The notes: a model not told the origin generated them from the letters alone. Counted from the first letter of the stretch, positions 1 through 9,007 are shown. The stretch is DNA of 64,000 nt from an uncultured virus (IMG/VR IMGVR_UViG_3300031994_005371) (IMGVR_UViG_3300031994_005371); one strand, 5' to 3'. Numbers and translations are program-made.

Positions 1-831
1 TTAGGAGAAAAACGCCATAGCGGCGCTGGAAAGCCCCTCGTTTGAGGGTATGATATACCGCGCCGTAATAGCGCTGGAAGAGTGCTGGAGCACGCGGGAG
101 ATTTCCTCTGTTGCCACCCCGCGCCGGTTAAGGCACGTTGCCATGCTGATTCGGGCCGAGTGTGACGTGATAAACTCATATTTAGGTCCTTTCAGTTCTT
201 TGCCGCCCTTGAGGACTACCACCTCGTCGTTAATTCCGGCCTTCTTGCAAAGTTCGCGGATAGCCTCGTTATAGCACTTTGGCGTAACTTTGTACTCCGG
301 GTGTTCGGCCACCCATGCGATTCTGGCCTCGAGTCCCGGCTTCAGCGGGACCACCCCGGCCTTCTTTGTTTTTTGGGCCACGAATCTAATAACGCCCTCC
401 GAAATGTTTTCGGGAGTAAGGTTCATGGCGTCACCCACGCGGAGGCCCGTGTAGGCGCAGATAAGAAACACGTTCTTAACATACTCCTGCCGGGGCGTGT
501 GCGTCCTCGTTCCAGAAAGCATGTTGAGCTCGGTTTCCGTGAGATAGGTTTTCATCGGCTTTTGATTCTTGCATGAAAGAATCTTCTGCCAGCCTTTCGG
601 CAATTCCACGTCCTCGCAATAGCGGTTGAAGAGCGCCTTCGCGTAGGCCATGACCGTCTTTGCGGTTGAGGGCGCAACGGCCTCGGCCAGGTGGTCGTGA
701 AATTCATACAGCGCGGAGCGTGTAATATCGCCCCATTCGGAGATACCCACCGCGCCGAGGTGCTTGCGGAGGGAGGCCCCCGCCGCGCCTTTGTTCTGCA
801 TCTTGTCGATTGCTTCTTGTAATGTTCTCAT
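1..831 (-). CDS. Tyrosine recombinase/integrase (276 aa, no obvious N-terminal arm-binding domain)
   Basis: YTGLRVGD, HSAR, LQHSS and TARY give the R-H-x-x-R-H-Y catalytic set. Confidence 0.92.
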   Translation of the reverse strand: MRTLQEAIDKMQNKGAAGASLRKHLGAVGISEWGDITRSALYEFHDHLAEAVAPSTAKTVMAYAKALFNRYCEDVELPKGWQKILSCKNQKPMKTYLTETELNMLSGTRTHTPRQEYVKNVFLICAYTGLRVGDAMNLTPENISEGVIRFVAQKTKKAGVVPLKPGLEARIAWVAEHPEYKVTPKCYNEAIRELCKKAGINDEVVVLKGGKELKGPKYEFITSHSARISMATCLNRRGVATEEISRVLQHSSSAITARYIIPSNEGLSSAAMAFFS

Positions 832-876
832 AACTCAAAGATTTTTGATTTGGAAGGGAGAAGGGCGGTCAGGGCC

Positions 877-1116
877 CTACCTCCTTTTGTTTCGCTCAAT
901 AATCCTATCCTCATAGCCTTTTTTCGCTATCTTTAGCTGCTCATATTCGTAGCCGTAGATACCGAAAGTTTCTGCCAGAATGATAAGCTCATGGAGCTTG
1001 TAATACGCCGAGTCGAGCGTTTCCATGCCGATTTGATATGCGACGGGGCTTGTGATATTCTCCAGCCGGTCGCGCATGTGGCGGCGCATTTCTTTTTCGT
1101 TGATTTCTCTTGCCAT
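877..1116 (-). CDS. Hypothetical protein
   Basis: ATG embedded in the conserved start motif. Confidence 0.75.
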   Translation of the reverse strand: MAREINEKEMRRHMRDRLENITSPVAYQIGMETLDSAYYKLHELIILAETFGIYGYEYEQLKIAKKGYEDRIIERNKRR

Positions 1117-1152
1117 AACTCAAAGATTTAAGATTAGAGAAGGAGGAGGCGG

Positions 1153-1311
1153 TCAAGCCTCTTCCTCCTTTTTGCGTTTCGGCTCGCAGAATCCGCAGTG
1201 GCCGAATATCACCATAGACGCGCTATCGTAGCGTCCAATCCTGCACCCTTTTTTGGTGCGTCCGTCCCAATGCTGGCATTTCAAGCATGGTTCTCCTTTT
1301 TCCGGTTTCAT
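1153..1311 (-). CDS. Small Cys-rich protein, 52 aa (MKPEKGEPCLKCQHW...HCGFCEPKRKKEEEA), not in the ORF track
   Basis: Translated by hand; fills the slot between two array elements; its TGA stop lies in the hairpin loop. Confidence 0.65.
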   Translation of the reverse strand: MKPEKGEPCLKCQHWDGRTKKGCRIGRYDSASMVIFGHCGFCEPKRKKEEEA

Positions 1312-1630
1312 ATTCGTTAGATTTTAATGGTTTGGCGAGCCGGTGGCCGGTCAGGGCCACCCGCCCGAAACTAATTACCCCCCCCTCCCCGTTTTCCTCT
1401 TCCGGGTTCTTTTCGAGATACTCTCCAAGCCCGGCCTTCATCTTCTCTGCAAGCGCATCGAGGGCGCCCATGATTTCGTGGAAATCCTCCGCGAGCTTGC
1501 GCTTTTCCGGGTCGCTGGATTCCTCAAACCTCTTCGCGGTCGCTGCGGCGGGGATAGCCTTTGCCTTTTCGCGTAAAACGCGCTCAAAAATCCAAAGGGC
1601 TTCGTTGGGTGTCAATTCTACTTTAATCAT
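1223..1630 (-). CDS. Hypothetical protein; the true end may be near 1375 (G8-TAA tract)
   Basis: Start motif at 1630; the ORF runs through the next array hairpin only because of the G-tract length. Confidence 0.65.
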   Translation of the reverse strand: MIKVELTPNEALWIFERVLREKAKAIPAAATAKRFEESSDPEKRKLAEDFHEIMGALDALAEKMKAGLGEYLEKNPEEENGEGGVISFGRVALTGHRLAKPLKSNEYETGKRRTMLEMPALGRTHQKRVQDWTLR

Positions 1631-1701
1631 AACTCAAAAATTTAAAAGTGAAACATAGGTGTTTGGAAGAAGGCGGGAGGTATCAGCCCCCGCCCCCCTT
1701 A

Positions 1702-1908
1702 CTACTTTTTGAGCGTCTTTTCTAATTCACGCGCTTTGTCCTGCAGGCCGAGGTCAAAGGTCGCTGAAAGATAAAAAAGCTCCATGACATGCCCCCGGGC
1801 TTTTTCCGGGGTAATCATACCGGCGGCAACCATGTTGGTAGTGCCTTCGAGGTGTTCCTCCGCATACGCTTTGAGGTTTTCTTTTGTTACTTCTTTCGCC
1901 ATACTCAT
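1702..1908 (-). CDS. Hypothetical protein
   Basis: Array position; degenerate start motif. Confidence 0.7.
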   Translation of the reverse strand: MSMAKEVTKENLKAYAEEHLEGTTNMVAAGMITPEKARGHVMELFYLSATFDLGLQDKARELEKTLKK

Positions 1909-1962
1909 AAGATTTAATTGGTTTTTGAGCGCGGGAAAGGTATCACCCCGTCCCGCCCTTTT

Positions 1963-2208
1963 TCAGTACGGAAATGTGCAACCGGCCAGCACCCATTTTT
2001 CTACGTCACCGGCGGCTTCGAATAAAGTCCGCACCATGCTTGAAAGAACGTTATCGCCCAGCTTGAAAGTAACAAGGAGCGCCCCTTCTTGGTTGTGACT
2101 CACCACGACGGACTCGCCGTTTCGTGGATTACTCCACGCGGCCCGTATTCCGTGTTGTTCGCAAGCGTAGTAAATCTGCCTTGCGAGGTTTTCTTTTGTC
2201 TTACTCAT
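1963..2208 (-). CDS. Hypothetical protein
   Basis: Perfect start motif. Confidence 0.75.
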   Translation of the reverse strand: MSKTKENLARQIYYACEQHGIRAAWSNPRNGESVVVSHNQEGALLVTFKLGDNVLSSMVRTLFEAAGDVEKWVLAGCTFPY

Positions 2209-2265
2209 AACTCAAAGATTTAAGATTGGAGAAGGCGGGCCGCAATCAAGCCCCCGCCCTCTTTT

Positions 2266-2742
2266 TTAAGCGTTCGGATTCATCTGCCGGAGGATTTTTT
2301 TCATGGCCGCTTCGCACTGCCCCGCCACTTTCAGGCACAGGGCCGATTGGTCTTTGTCGCGGTCGTTTTCCAGCGCCCGGGCGGTCGCTTTCAGGCTCGC
2401 AGATTGGTCTGCAAGTGTGGCGGCAATTACCGTCATGTCCTCTTTTGTCAGCTCAACTTTCTGCTCTCGCGTGTCCGGCGTTCCTTCCCAGTCGGCAACC
2501 CATTCGATTCTTAAAAGTTCGTCCGGCTCCAGCATGTCGCGGTCGTTTCGCCATGCCTCCTCGGCGGCGGCTTTGATAGCATCGCGTTCGCAGTCGAAGA
2601 TTACGGCTTCGGTTCCGGCAATGGCGTGCCCGGCGATATTTCCGCAGAAAACAAGGTCATTGAAAATGTCGCGCATCATTTGATAGGCCATTTGATACTC
2701 GCGGCTCATAGGGTCCTCGATTTTGATAGATAGCTTATACAT
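2266..2742 (-). CDS. Hypothetical protein
   Basis: Variant start motif; array position. Confidence 0.75.
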   Translation of the reverse strand: MYKLSIKIEDPMSREYQMAYQMMRDIFNDLVFCGNIAGHAIAGTEAVIFDCERDAIKAAAEEAWRNDRDMLEPDELLRIEWVADWEGTPDTREQKVELTKEDMTVIAATLADQSASLKATARALENDRDKDQSALCLKVAGQCEAAMKKILRQMNPNA

Positions 2743-2798
2743 AACTCGTTAAGATTTGATTGTTTGGAGAAGGGAGGCGGTATCACCCGCCAGCCTTC

Positions 2799-3194
2799 TT
2801 AATCATCAACGTAGAAAAGAATATCCTCCGGGACGAAATCGAGGTCGTTGTAGTCAATCCCCTCGTCCCAGCAGTACTCTTGCATCTGGTCGCTTATCTG
2901 GTCGGCGAGTCTTGCGTCGGCCTGCAAAAGCGAGCATCGGTTCCGGTCGATAGCGCCCAGCGCCCGGCTCGTCCTTTCGTCCCAGCCTTCGATATTTTCC
3001 TTGCATCGTAGCCAGACGGCCCTCCGGGGCTCTTCCTTTTTCAGCTCCTCAAACATTTCTGGAGTCAGCTTTGAAAGGTCCAGCTTCACGCTCTCGCCGG
3101 TGCGGTAGCTCTTGATTTCGAGCACCGGGCCGTCAAATGAGAAAATCTTGCTTCCGTTAATGATTTTGATTGCGTTTTCGTAGGTCTGTTTCAT
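2799..3194 (-). CDS. Hypothetical protein with acidic C-terminus
   Basis: Perfect start motif. Confidence 0.75.
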   Translation of the reverse strand: MKQTYENAIKIINGSKIFSFDGPVLEIKSYRTGESVKLDLSKLTPEMFEELKKEEPRRAVWLRCKENIEGWDERTSRALGAIDRNRCSLLQADARLADQISDQMQEYCWDEGIDYNDLDFVPEDILFYVDD

Positions 3195-3249
3195 AACTCA
3201 AAGATTTAAGATTTGGCGGGCGGCTCGGGTATCACCCCGGCCCGTCCGT

Positions 3250-3486
3250 TTAACACATGCGGCCAGCGGTCAGTACCGGGGCCATAGAATAGCGCCCGTC
3301 CGGCATGACATACTCCTCTCCCCGGTCGTCCTTGACTCGCAGGGCTTTTTCCGGCCCGGTCCCGTCCTCTTTTACATAGATAGTTTTTTCCGTGCGGCGG
3401 GTAACGAGGTAGAACCATTTGCAATCATAGTCGCAAATAGAGCGGCAATAATACATTTTGCCGGGCTTAAATTGTGTTTTACTCAT
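3250..3486 (-). CDS. Hypothetical protein
   Basis: Perfect start motif. Confidence 0.75.
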   Translation of the reverse strand: MSKTQFKPGKMYYCRSICDYDCKWFYLVTRRTEKTIYVKEDGTGPEKALRVKDDRGEEYVMPDGRYSMAPVLTAGRMC

Positions 3487-3546
3487 AACTCAAAGATTTA
3501 AGATTTTAGCAAGCGCGGGAAGTATCACCCGCCCGCGCCCGTGGTG

Positions 3547-3939
3547 CTATCCAATGCTATAAAAGTGCTCTATGTGGTCGCAAAGTGTTATGTATTTTTC
3601 ATCTTTGCTCCCGTCGCCGTATCCGGCCCTTTTCCAGTCGAAAAACTCGCGCGAAAGGTTATCGGCGGCGATACACTCGCCATAGCTCATACTTTCTTGC
3701 TCCCCGCCCAAAATGAACGTGGCGCAGGCTTTTGCAACGAGCATAGCCCTATCGAGCTCGGTGTTGCTTATTTTGCCGTCCGGGGCATTGGTCGTAAACC
3801 GCAACGACTCCCCGAGGCCTCGCGTGATTGTGATTGCGCGGTCGAGGCCGCTGTTCAGGCAAACGTCGATACTGCGCTCGTTGTTTTTCTCCGCATCAAA
3901 GCAGAAGAGGATAGCAGTTACCATGATTTTCTTACTCAT
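3547..3939 (-). CDS. Hypothetical protein
   Basis: Perfect start motif. Confidence 0.75.
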   Translation of the reverse strand: MSKKIMVTAILFCFDAEKNNERSIDVCLNSGLDRAITITRGLGESLRFTTNAPDGKISNTELDRAMLVAKACATFILGGEQESMSYGECIAADNLSREFFDWKRAGYGDGSKDEKYITLCDHIEHFYSIG

Positions 3940-3979
3940 AACTCAAAGATTTTAAAGATTTAGCGAAGGAGGGCGCGTA

Positions 3980-4414
3980 TCAGGCCCCCGCCTCCATTTC
4001 GTTGAGCTCGTCTATTGCATCGTCGATTATATCCAGCGGCTTGTAATAGTGGCTCATGGCATTTTCTCTTGTGCGCTCGGGGAAGTCGCCCGGAGTCGGC
4101 ATGTAGCGCACGATTTCGGCGCGTGTCAGCTCCAGGGCCGTAACGGCCTCGGCGGTTTCGATATATTCCCCCGTCCGGCCTTTTTCAATCAGCCCGGAAA
4201 GGTAACTTCTATATCCCCCCGTCCCGGCCTTTTCAAGCGCCCTTAAAGCGTTAAAAAGGATTAAACGGACCTGCACCCCGGCCCGGTCTTTTTCTTCGTT
4301 TTTAGCGAAGTTTTGAGCCGTTTTCAGGGCTTCGGCTTCCCGCCAGTTGCGCATCATCAGCGCGAAGGGCAAAACGCAAATACATGTGATAGGGATTAAC
4401 CAAAAAATACTCAT
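3980..4414 (-). CDS. Hypothetical protein with N-terminal hydrophobic segment
   Basis: Start reassigned to MSIFWLIP (4414), next to an array element; stop in the hairpin loop. Confidence 0.7.
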   Translation of the reverse strand: MSIFWLIPITCICVLPFALMMRNWREAEALKTAQNFAKNEEKDRAGVQVRLILFNALRALEKAGTGGYRSYLSGLIEKGRTGEYIETAEAVTALELTRAEIVRYMPTPGDFPERTRENAMSHYYKPLDIIDDAIDELNEMEAGA

Positions 4415-4492
4415 AGATTTTAGATTTAATTTGGAAGCCGGGTGGAGCATCACCCCCGCCCGGCCTTGATTATGAAAACAATGCAAATCGCT

Positions 4493-4564
4493 CTATTCGG
4501 AGCGTTTTTCGGCCATGAGATTGACAAAAATTGCAATCAAAATCATAGGTACAAAAATAGTCAT
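4493..4564 (-). CDS. 23-aa hydrophobic peptide MTIFVPMILIAIFVNLMAEKRSE
   Basis: Perfect start motif; translated by hand. Confidence 0.5.
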   Translation of the reverse strand: MTIFVPMILIAIFVNLMAEKRSE

Positions 4565-4652
4565 AACTCAAAGATTTAAAGATTTTTAGAGAGCGGAAAG
4601 GGTATCACCCCTCCCCGCCCTTTTGTTTTACCCCCTCCCCCTTTTCTTTTTT

Positions 4653-5135
4653 TTAGTCGGCCCAGTGGAACATGTAAGCGCAGGCCTCGTCTTTTTTCGC
4701 GGCCTCCTCCTCGGTGTCGTTCTCGCTTTTGGCGTACTTGCTATCGAACATATCCAGCGCTTTGTAGTACAAATCGGCGTAAAGCTCGGACAGCCCTTGC
4801 TCGTTATTTGCGTGCCAGAACCACGACAAATGATTCAGGCTCATAATAAGCTCGGTGAAGTACTTGTAATCGGACAGCCAGCTGCGCGAGGCGCGGTTGT
4901 AGGTGTCTTTTATCGCGTTGTCCCCGAAGGGCTCGGCCAGGGCGAAATCCGATACAAACGTGGTAAAGCGCTTATATCCGTTATTTTCGCTCATAACCCG
5001 CTCAAAGATACGCTCCATAGCGGCTCCATAGACGAACGGATTGCTCCGGGCCTGCGTGAGAAGTTTCTTGACTCCCGGGCGCATGGCGCGGGCATAGGGG
5101 TTGCTCGTTTGGGTGGCGGTTGCAGTTGTACTCAT
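4653..5135 (-). CDS. Phage hypothetical protein
   Basis: Perfect start motif; 160-aa ORF. Confidence 0.8.
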   Translation of the reverse strand: MSTTATATQTSNPYARAMRPGVKKLLTQARSNPFVYGAAMERIFERVMSENNGYKRFTTFVSDFALAEPFGDNAIKDTYNRASRSWLSDYKYFTELIMSLNHLSWFWHANNEQGLSELYADLYYKALDMFDSKYAKSENDTEEEAAKKDEACAYMFHWAD

Positions 5136-5207
5136 AACTCAAAGATTTAAAAGTTAAACATGGCAGGCGTGGTCCCGGTCAGGGGGCCTCACCCGTTTCA
5201 ATCCTCG

Positions 5208-5474
5208 TTAGTCTTGAATGGCGACATATCGCCACTCGTAGCGGTACTGCCCCCGGGCTCCCGGGGTTTTGGTGTACGTGTTCTTGCAGAGGAGCGCGTC
5301 GCAGTCGGGGTTTATCTTCATCAGCTTATACCCGGCCCGGACGAGGATTTTAACCGCATCTTGAAAATTACTCGGTATCGAGTGGAAGGTAGGCTTATAT
5401 GAGCAAATGACATAGCGCCCGCCCTTTTTACGGTCTGCTCCCTCGGTGAGGAAGGATTTGTTTTTCAGATTCAT
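5208..5474 (-). CDS. Hypothetical protein
   Basis: Variant start motif. Confidence 0.7.
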   Translation of the reverse strand: MNLKNKSFLTEGADRKKGGRYVICSYKPTFHSIPSNFQDAVKILVRAGYKLMKINPDCDALLCKNTYTKTPGARGQYRYEWRYVAIQD

Positions 5475-5533
5475 AACTCAATAGATTTAGATTGTTTTGA
5501 ACCCCGGGCGCGGTATCAGCGCCCCCGGGATTT

Positions 5534-6352
5534 TTAGTCAGATAGTTTGCTAATTATAGCGGCGGTATTTAAGCCCCGCAGCTCGTAAAAAGATACTATC
5601 TTTTTTAGGTGTAGCCCGGCGTTTTTTGCGGCGTTTTCAATGCTGGAGGAGTCCGTAATTGGGGACCCGTGGCCGATTCTAAAATATGTATTTTTCAGTC
5701 CCGGCGCAACTTCCACAAAACGCAAATAATGCCGTCTTAACATGGACGGATTAACGAGGGGGTATGCCGTTTTTTTAATGTCAAGATACTGCGCCGAGTC
5801 CTTGATTCTTACAAACATATTGCAAGTATCATAACTGCCCCGGGAGGCGCTGCATTTAGAACCGAAATAAACGTATAAATTGACTCTATACCCGTTTTTT
5901 TCGAGTCCCATGAGCGCCCCCATGAGGGCGGCGGCGGTATCTTTCAGCTCGTTTGCATCTATATCGCATGAGGCCGTCCCATTATAGCAAATATTCAATA
6001 CTTTGCTATCTTTGTATGATACTCTTTCAGTCCGTATCATTGTTTTAGGAAGTCCCAGGAGGGCGGCGGGTACATTTGCCGCGCCCCCGCATATAGCGTT
6101 AAAACGGCGGGTCCTTTTTCCCTCTCCGAGGGTTTTTACATGGGCCGCAGTTGCTGATTTAAGGGCGGCGGCGCTTTTTTCGTCCCCGTCCCGGAGCAGC
6201 ACGTTTGCGGCTTCGTATGATTCAGTCCCGGAAAAAGACTCGGACCCGGTATGAGAGCCGCATCGATGGCCCTTAAATACCTCGTTTTCCGGGGTTGTAT
6301 CAAGATAGCCCCGGAGCCCGTCCAAATTGCTGAAGGTTTTTGTAATATCCAT
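5534..6352 (-). CDS. Probable VWA-like partner of the AAA+ ATPase
   Basis: Directly downstream of a MoxR/CbbQ-type ATPase; alpha/beta pattern (LNICYNGTAS, YRVNLYV). Confidence 0.55.
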   Translation of the reverse strand: MDITKTFSNLDGLRGYLDTTPENEVFKGHRCGSHTGSESFSGTESYEAANVLLRDGDEKSAAALKSATAAHVKTLGEGKRTRRFNAICGGAANVPAALLGLPKTMIRTERVSYKDSKVLNICYNGTASCDIDANELKDTAAALMGALMGLEKNGYRVNLYVYFGSKCSASRGSYDTCNMFVRIKDSAQYLDIKKTAYPLVNPSMLRRHYLRFVEVAPGLKNTYFRIGHGSPITDSSSIENAAKNAGLHLKKIVSFYELRGLNTAAIISKLSD

Positions 6353-6412
6353 AACTCAAAAATTTAAGATTCAGAACCCCGCCCCCGGTCCCCCGGGCGG
6401 CAGGATTTAATG

Positions 6413-7540
6413 CTACATTGCAAGGGCAAAAGCATTGTTTTTGTGGGTGAGCCCGGCGCGAAGTATGTTGATTTCGTCCCGGTCATAACCGCCCGTAACT
6501 GCAAGACGGACGGCGGCGGCGGTATCAATTCCGGCCTTCATGAACTTTGCGAGGCGGGATATATTTCTATATCCCAGGACGATATGAACCCCGGCCGCGG
6601 CGGCGCTTTTTCTCATGTCATAAATGAACTCGAGAATATCGGACCGCCCCCCGGCGAGGTTTTTCTCAATCTTTGTGCAATAATCAAATTGCATTAAGCA
6701 AAAGCGATTCATGGAGGAGGCATCGATAACGCTGCGGCCCGTGTACTCTTCAGTTGCACCCCGGCCGCAGGTATTTCCGGCCGCGATACAATGAAAATCC
6801 GGGTGCATTTTTTCGCGGCCCCCGGGGAAGGTAAAATACCCGTTTGCGAGGGCGGCGTTTAATGTTACAAGCGTATCCGGGCAGGAGGCGTCGAGCTCAT
6901 CTAACATGAAAACTCCGCCCCGGGTGAAGGCCCGGTAGAATTCCGTTTCATGATAATTGCCGGAGGCATCAAGATAGCCCGTTAATTTGTACTCGTCAGT
7001 TATGGAATTTTGATAGTAAAACTCCAGGCCGAGGGCGCGGGCTATTTGCTCACAAACGTAATTTTTACCGGACCCCGCAGGACCGTAAAGATAGACGGAC
7101 TCGCCGAGCTGCATGAGTTGCAAAAGCGCATCAAAATTTTGGTGCTTAACTTCATCATCTTTGCGGGCGGCGGGTGCGGGCGCGGGGACCGGGACGGGCT
7201 CCGGCATGGGTGCAGGAGCGGGCTCGGGTGCAGGCGTATCTTTGCGGGCGCGGCGGGTTATGTTTTCACGTATCTTTGCATAAGCCTCGGACCCCTCAAA
7301 ACATACGTTTTGCAGTTTTTCAGGACCGGACTCGGCGAGCATTGTAGCGGCTGCAGTTTCAGTCAGAACCCCGGAAAAATCCCCGAGGCGATACATGAAC
7401 TTCCAGCCGTACATGTTACCGAGTTTAGTGTTATTCCATGCAAGGGTATGAGAACCCAAAAACATAGAACCGGACTCGCAAATGATAGCGGATTTTTTGC
7501 CGTTAACATAGCATTTCAAAATGTTTGCATTGTGTTTCAT
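6413..7540 (-). CDS. MoxR/CbbQ/CobS-like AAA+ ATPase
   Basis: Walker A GPAGSGKN, Walker B FMLDELD, IAAGN, DASSMNRF; Pro/Ala linker. Confidence 0.88.
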   Translation of the reverse strand: MKHNANILKCYVNGKKSAIICESGSMFLGSHTLAWNNTKLGNMYGWKFMYRLGDFSGVLTETAAATMLAESGPEKLQNVCFEGSEAYAKIRENITRRARKDTPAPEPAPAPMPEPVPVPAPAPAARKDDEVKHQNFDALLQLMQLGESVYLYGPAGSGKNYVCEQIARALGLEFYYQNSITDEYKLTGYLDASGNYHETEFYRAFTRGGVFMLDELDASCPDTLVTLNAALANGYFTFPGGREKMHPDFHCIAAGNTCGRGATEEYTGRSVIDASSMNRFCLMQFDYCTKIEKNLAGGRSDILEFIYDMRKSAAAAGVHIVLGYRNISRLAKFMKAGIDTAAAVRLAVTGGYDRDEINILRAGLTHKNNAFALAM

Positions 7541-7671
7541 AACTCAAAGATTTAATTGTTTAACATTGGTATTTAAGCGGGGTATCAATCCCGGGAAAAT
7601 AAGCCCGGGCGCCGTATTGCACCCGGGGCGGCAAAAACAATTAAATCTAATTTTTTGAGTTATCGCAAATT

Positions 7672-7878
7672 TCAGATTGTATCAAAACGCCTGCAGTGCT
7701 TCGTTAAAACCATTTTAACGGGCTGCGCAAATAAAACATTTTCAGCGCCCTTCGTTACTTCGGTATTTTCGTACCTTTCAATCTTACTTTTTGCAGTATT
7801 GTCAATGAACTCCCCCGGCGGCGTGGGTCCTTGCATCGTGGATTGTAACGGGGTTTTATCAATCCGGACCCTCGGCAA
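7672..7878 (-). CDS. Possible small hypothetical protein
   Basis: ORF between the promoter and the array. Confidence 0.35.
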   Translation of the reverse strand: MPRVRIDKTPLQSTMQGPTPPGEFIDNTAKSKIERYENTEVTKGAENVLFAQPVKMVLTKHCRRFDTI

Positions 7879-7973
7879 ATAGTTTGTATCTTTGCGCCCG
7901 CTGATGTATCTTCATGTTTCCATGTTACTGCACCTCGGCAGCCGTTTGCGACGGGGCAAAAATCAAATCAAAC

Positions 7974-8022
7974 TATCAAAGAACTGATGCAAAGTTACGA
8001 AATATATTTTAACCGTCAAGAA
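7974..8022 (-). promoter_or_regulatory. Leftward promoter of the accessory array, followed by a boxA-like sequence
   Basis: Minus strand TTGAC...TAACTTTGCA (7988-7997), then AGTTCTTTGATA (7974-7985). Confidence 0.65.
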
Positions 8023-8410
8023 AAAATTTAACTTTTTTTGAAGGGAAGTTGTAAGTTGCATTATATCAATACTTTGCAAGGGGCGCGAAAATGGGCTTAA
8101 TTTTGAATAATTCTAATTTAGAAGGATATTTTAACGGAGGCCGGGGTATATTTTAACGCCCGGCGGCCCTCAATGGACCCCCGGCGGGACGGGTGCAAAG
8201 ATAGGCCCGGCGGCGTATCATGCCAAGCGCCCCAGGGCGAAGGATTGTAAAATAATTTAATAAGCCTCTATTTTGCCCGCTATTGCAAAGTAAGGGCGGC
8301 AAATGATAAATTATATATCCTTTGCGGGAAAATGCCTGCAAGGGCTTAAAAACGGCCAAAACGGGCATAATAGCAAACAAGGGGCCTCACGTGCGCAGGA
8401 GGGGCAAATA

Positions 8411-8452
8411 TCAATACATGAGAATAAAACCCGCGGAAAATACCTATCTTTG
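8411..8452 (+). promoter_or_regulatory. Promoter for the terS-like gene
   Basis: TATCTTTG at 8445-8452; TCAATA box at 8411. Confidence 0.5.
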
Positions 8453-8476
8453 CGGGGTATCTAAACATTTACCAGT

Positions 8477-9007
8477 ATGCCGAAGACGGGATTAGGATTA
8501 GTAAATAAGACGCTCACCGAGCGAGAAAGGGCTGCAATAGCGCTGCATGTCTTTCAGGGCGTCACGGATTGGGCGCTATTATATGCCATAGCGCAGCCGG
8601 GGGCGTATGATAGGGACTTCCCAAAAAATAGCGTTTCCACGTGGAAAAATAGCGCCAAAATACGGGATTTGATACGGGACTATACTGCGGCCAGGGATGC
8701 CCGGGAAAACGCTATAAAAACGGCGGCATTTGAGGAAGGGCAGCGGGTATTGATTGAGCGGGCCGGGACGGATGATAACGGGGCCGGATTGGTGGATTAT
8801 AGTGACCCCAAAAATCAACTGCGGAAGCTAAATTTGCTCGTTAATTCAGCAAAGGACCCCGGCGAAGTGCTCGATGCGCTCAAGGTGATAATTTCCGGGC
8901 AGCGGGATGATAGGCAAGCGGCCCGGGAAGGGCGGCAGGTGCGGGCATATTTGCCGCTATTGTGCTATCAATGCCCGTTATATGAGGAAAAACGTAAAAA
9001 TATATAA
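8477..9007 (+). CDS. Putative terminase small subunit
   Basis: N-terminal HTH-like pattern (TERERAAI...LYAIA...KIRDLI) and helical C-terminus; no other terS candidate seen. Confidence 0.5.
   Translation: MPKTGLGLVNKTLTERERAAIALHVFQGVTDWALLYAIAQPGAYDRDFPKNSVSTWKNSAKIRDLIRDYTAARDARENAIKTAAFEEGQRVLIERAGTDDNGAGLVDYSDPKNQLRKLNLLVNSAKDPGEVLDALKVIISGQRDDRQAAREGRQVRAYLPLLCYQCPLYEEKRKNI

Larger units (their letters stand above)
829..7600 (-). repeat. Dispersed intergenic element, ~16 copies: GC-rich hairpin with TGATAC/TGACC loop, then AT-rich AAATCTTTGAGTT-ATG
   Basis: Plus strand shows cataactcaaagattt or a variant at 829,1114,1309,1628,1906,2206,2740,3192,3484,3937,4412,4562,5133,5472,6350,7538, nearly all followed by a hairpin around gtatca/ggtca. 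Confidence 0.92.

Noticed and set aside
829..7600. CRISPR array or classical integron attC array
   Set aside because: The intervening units are whole genes and no cas genes are present; there is no consistent RYYYAAC/GTTRRRY pairing, and the recombinase shows no clear IntI insertion
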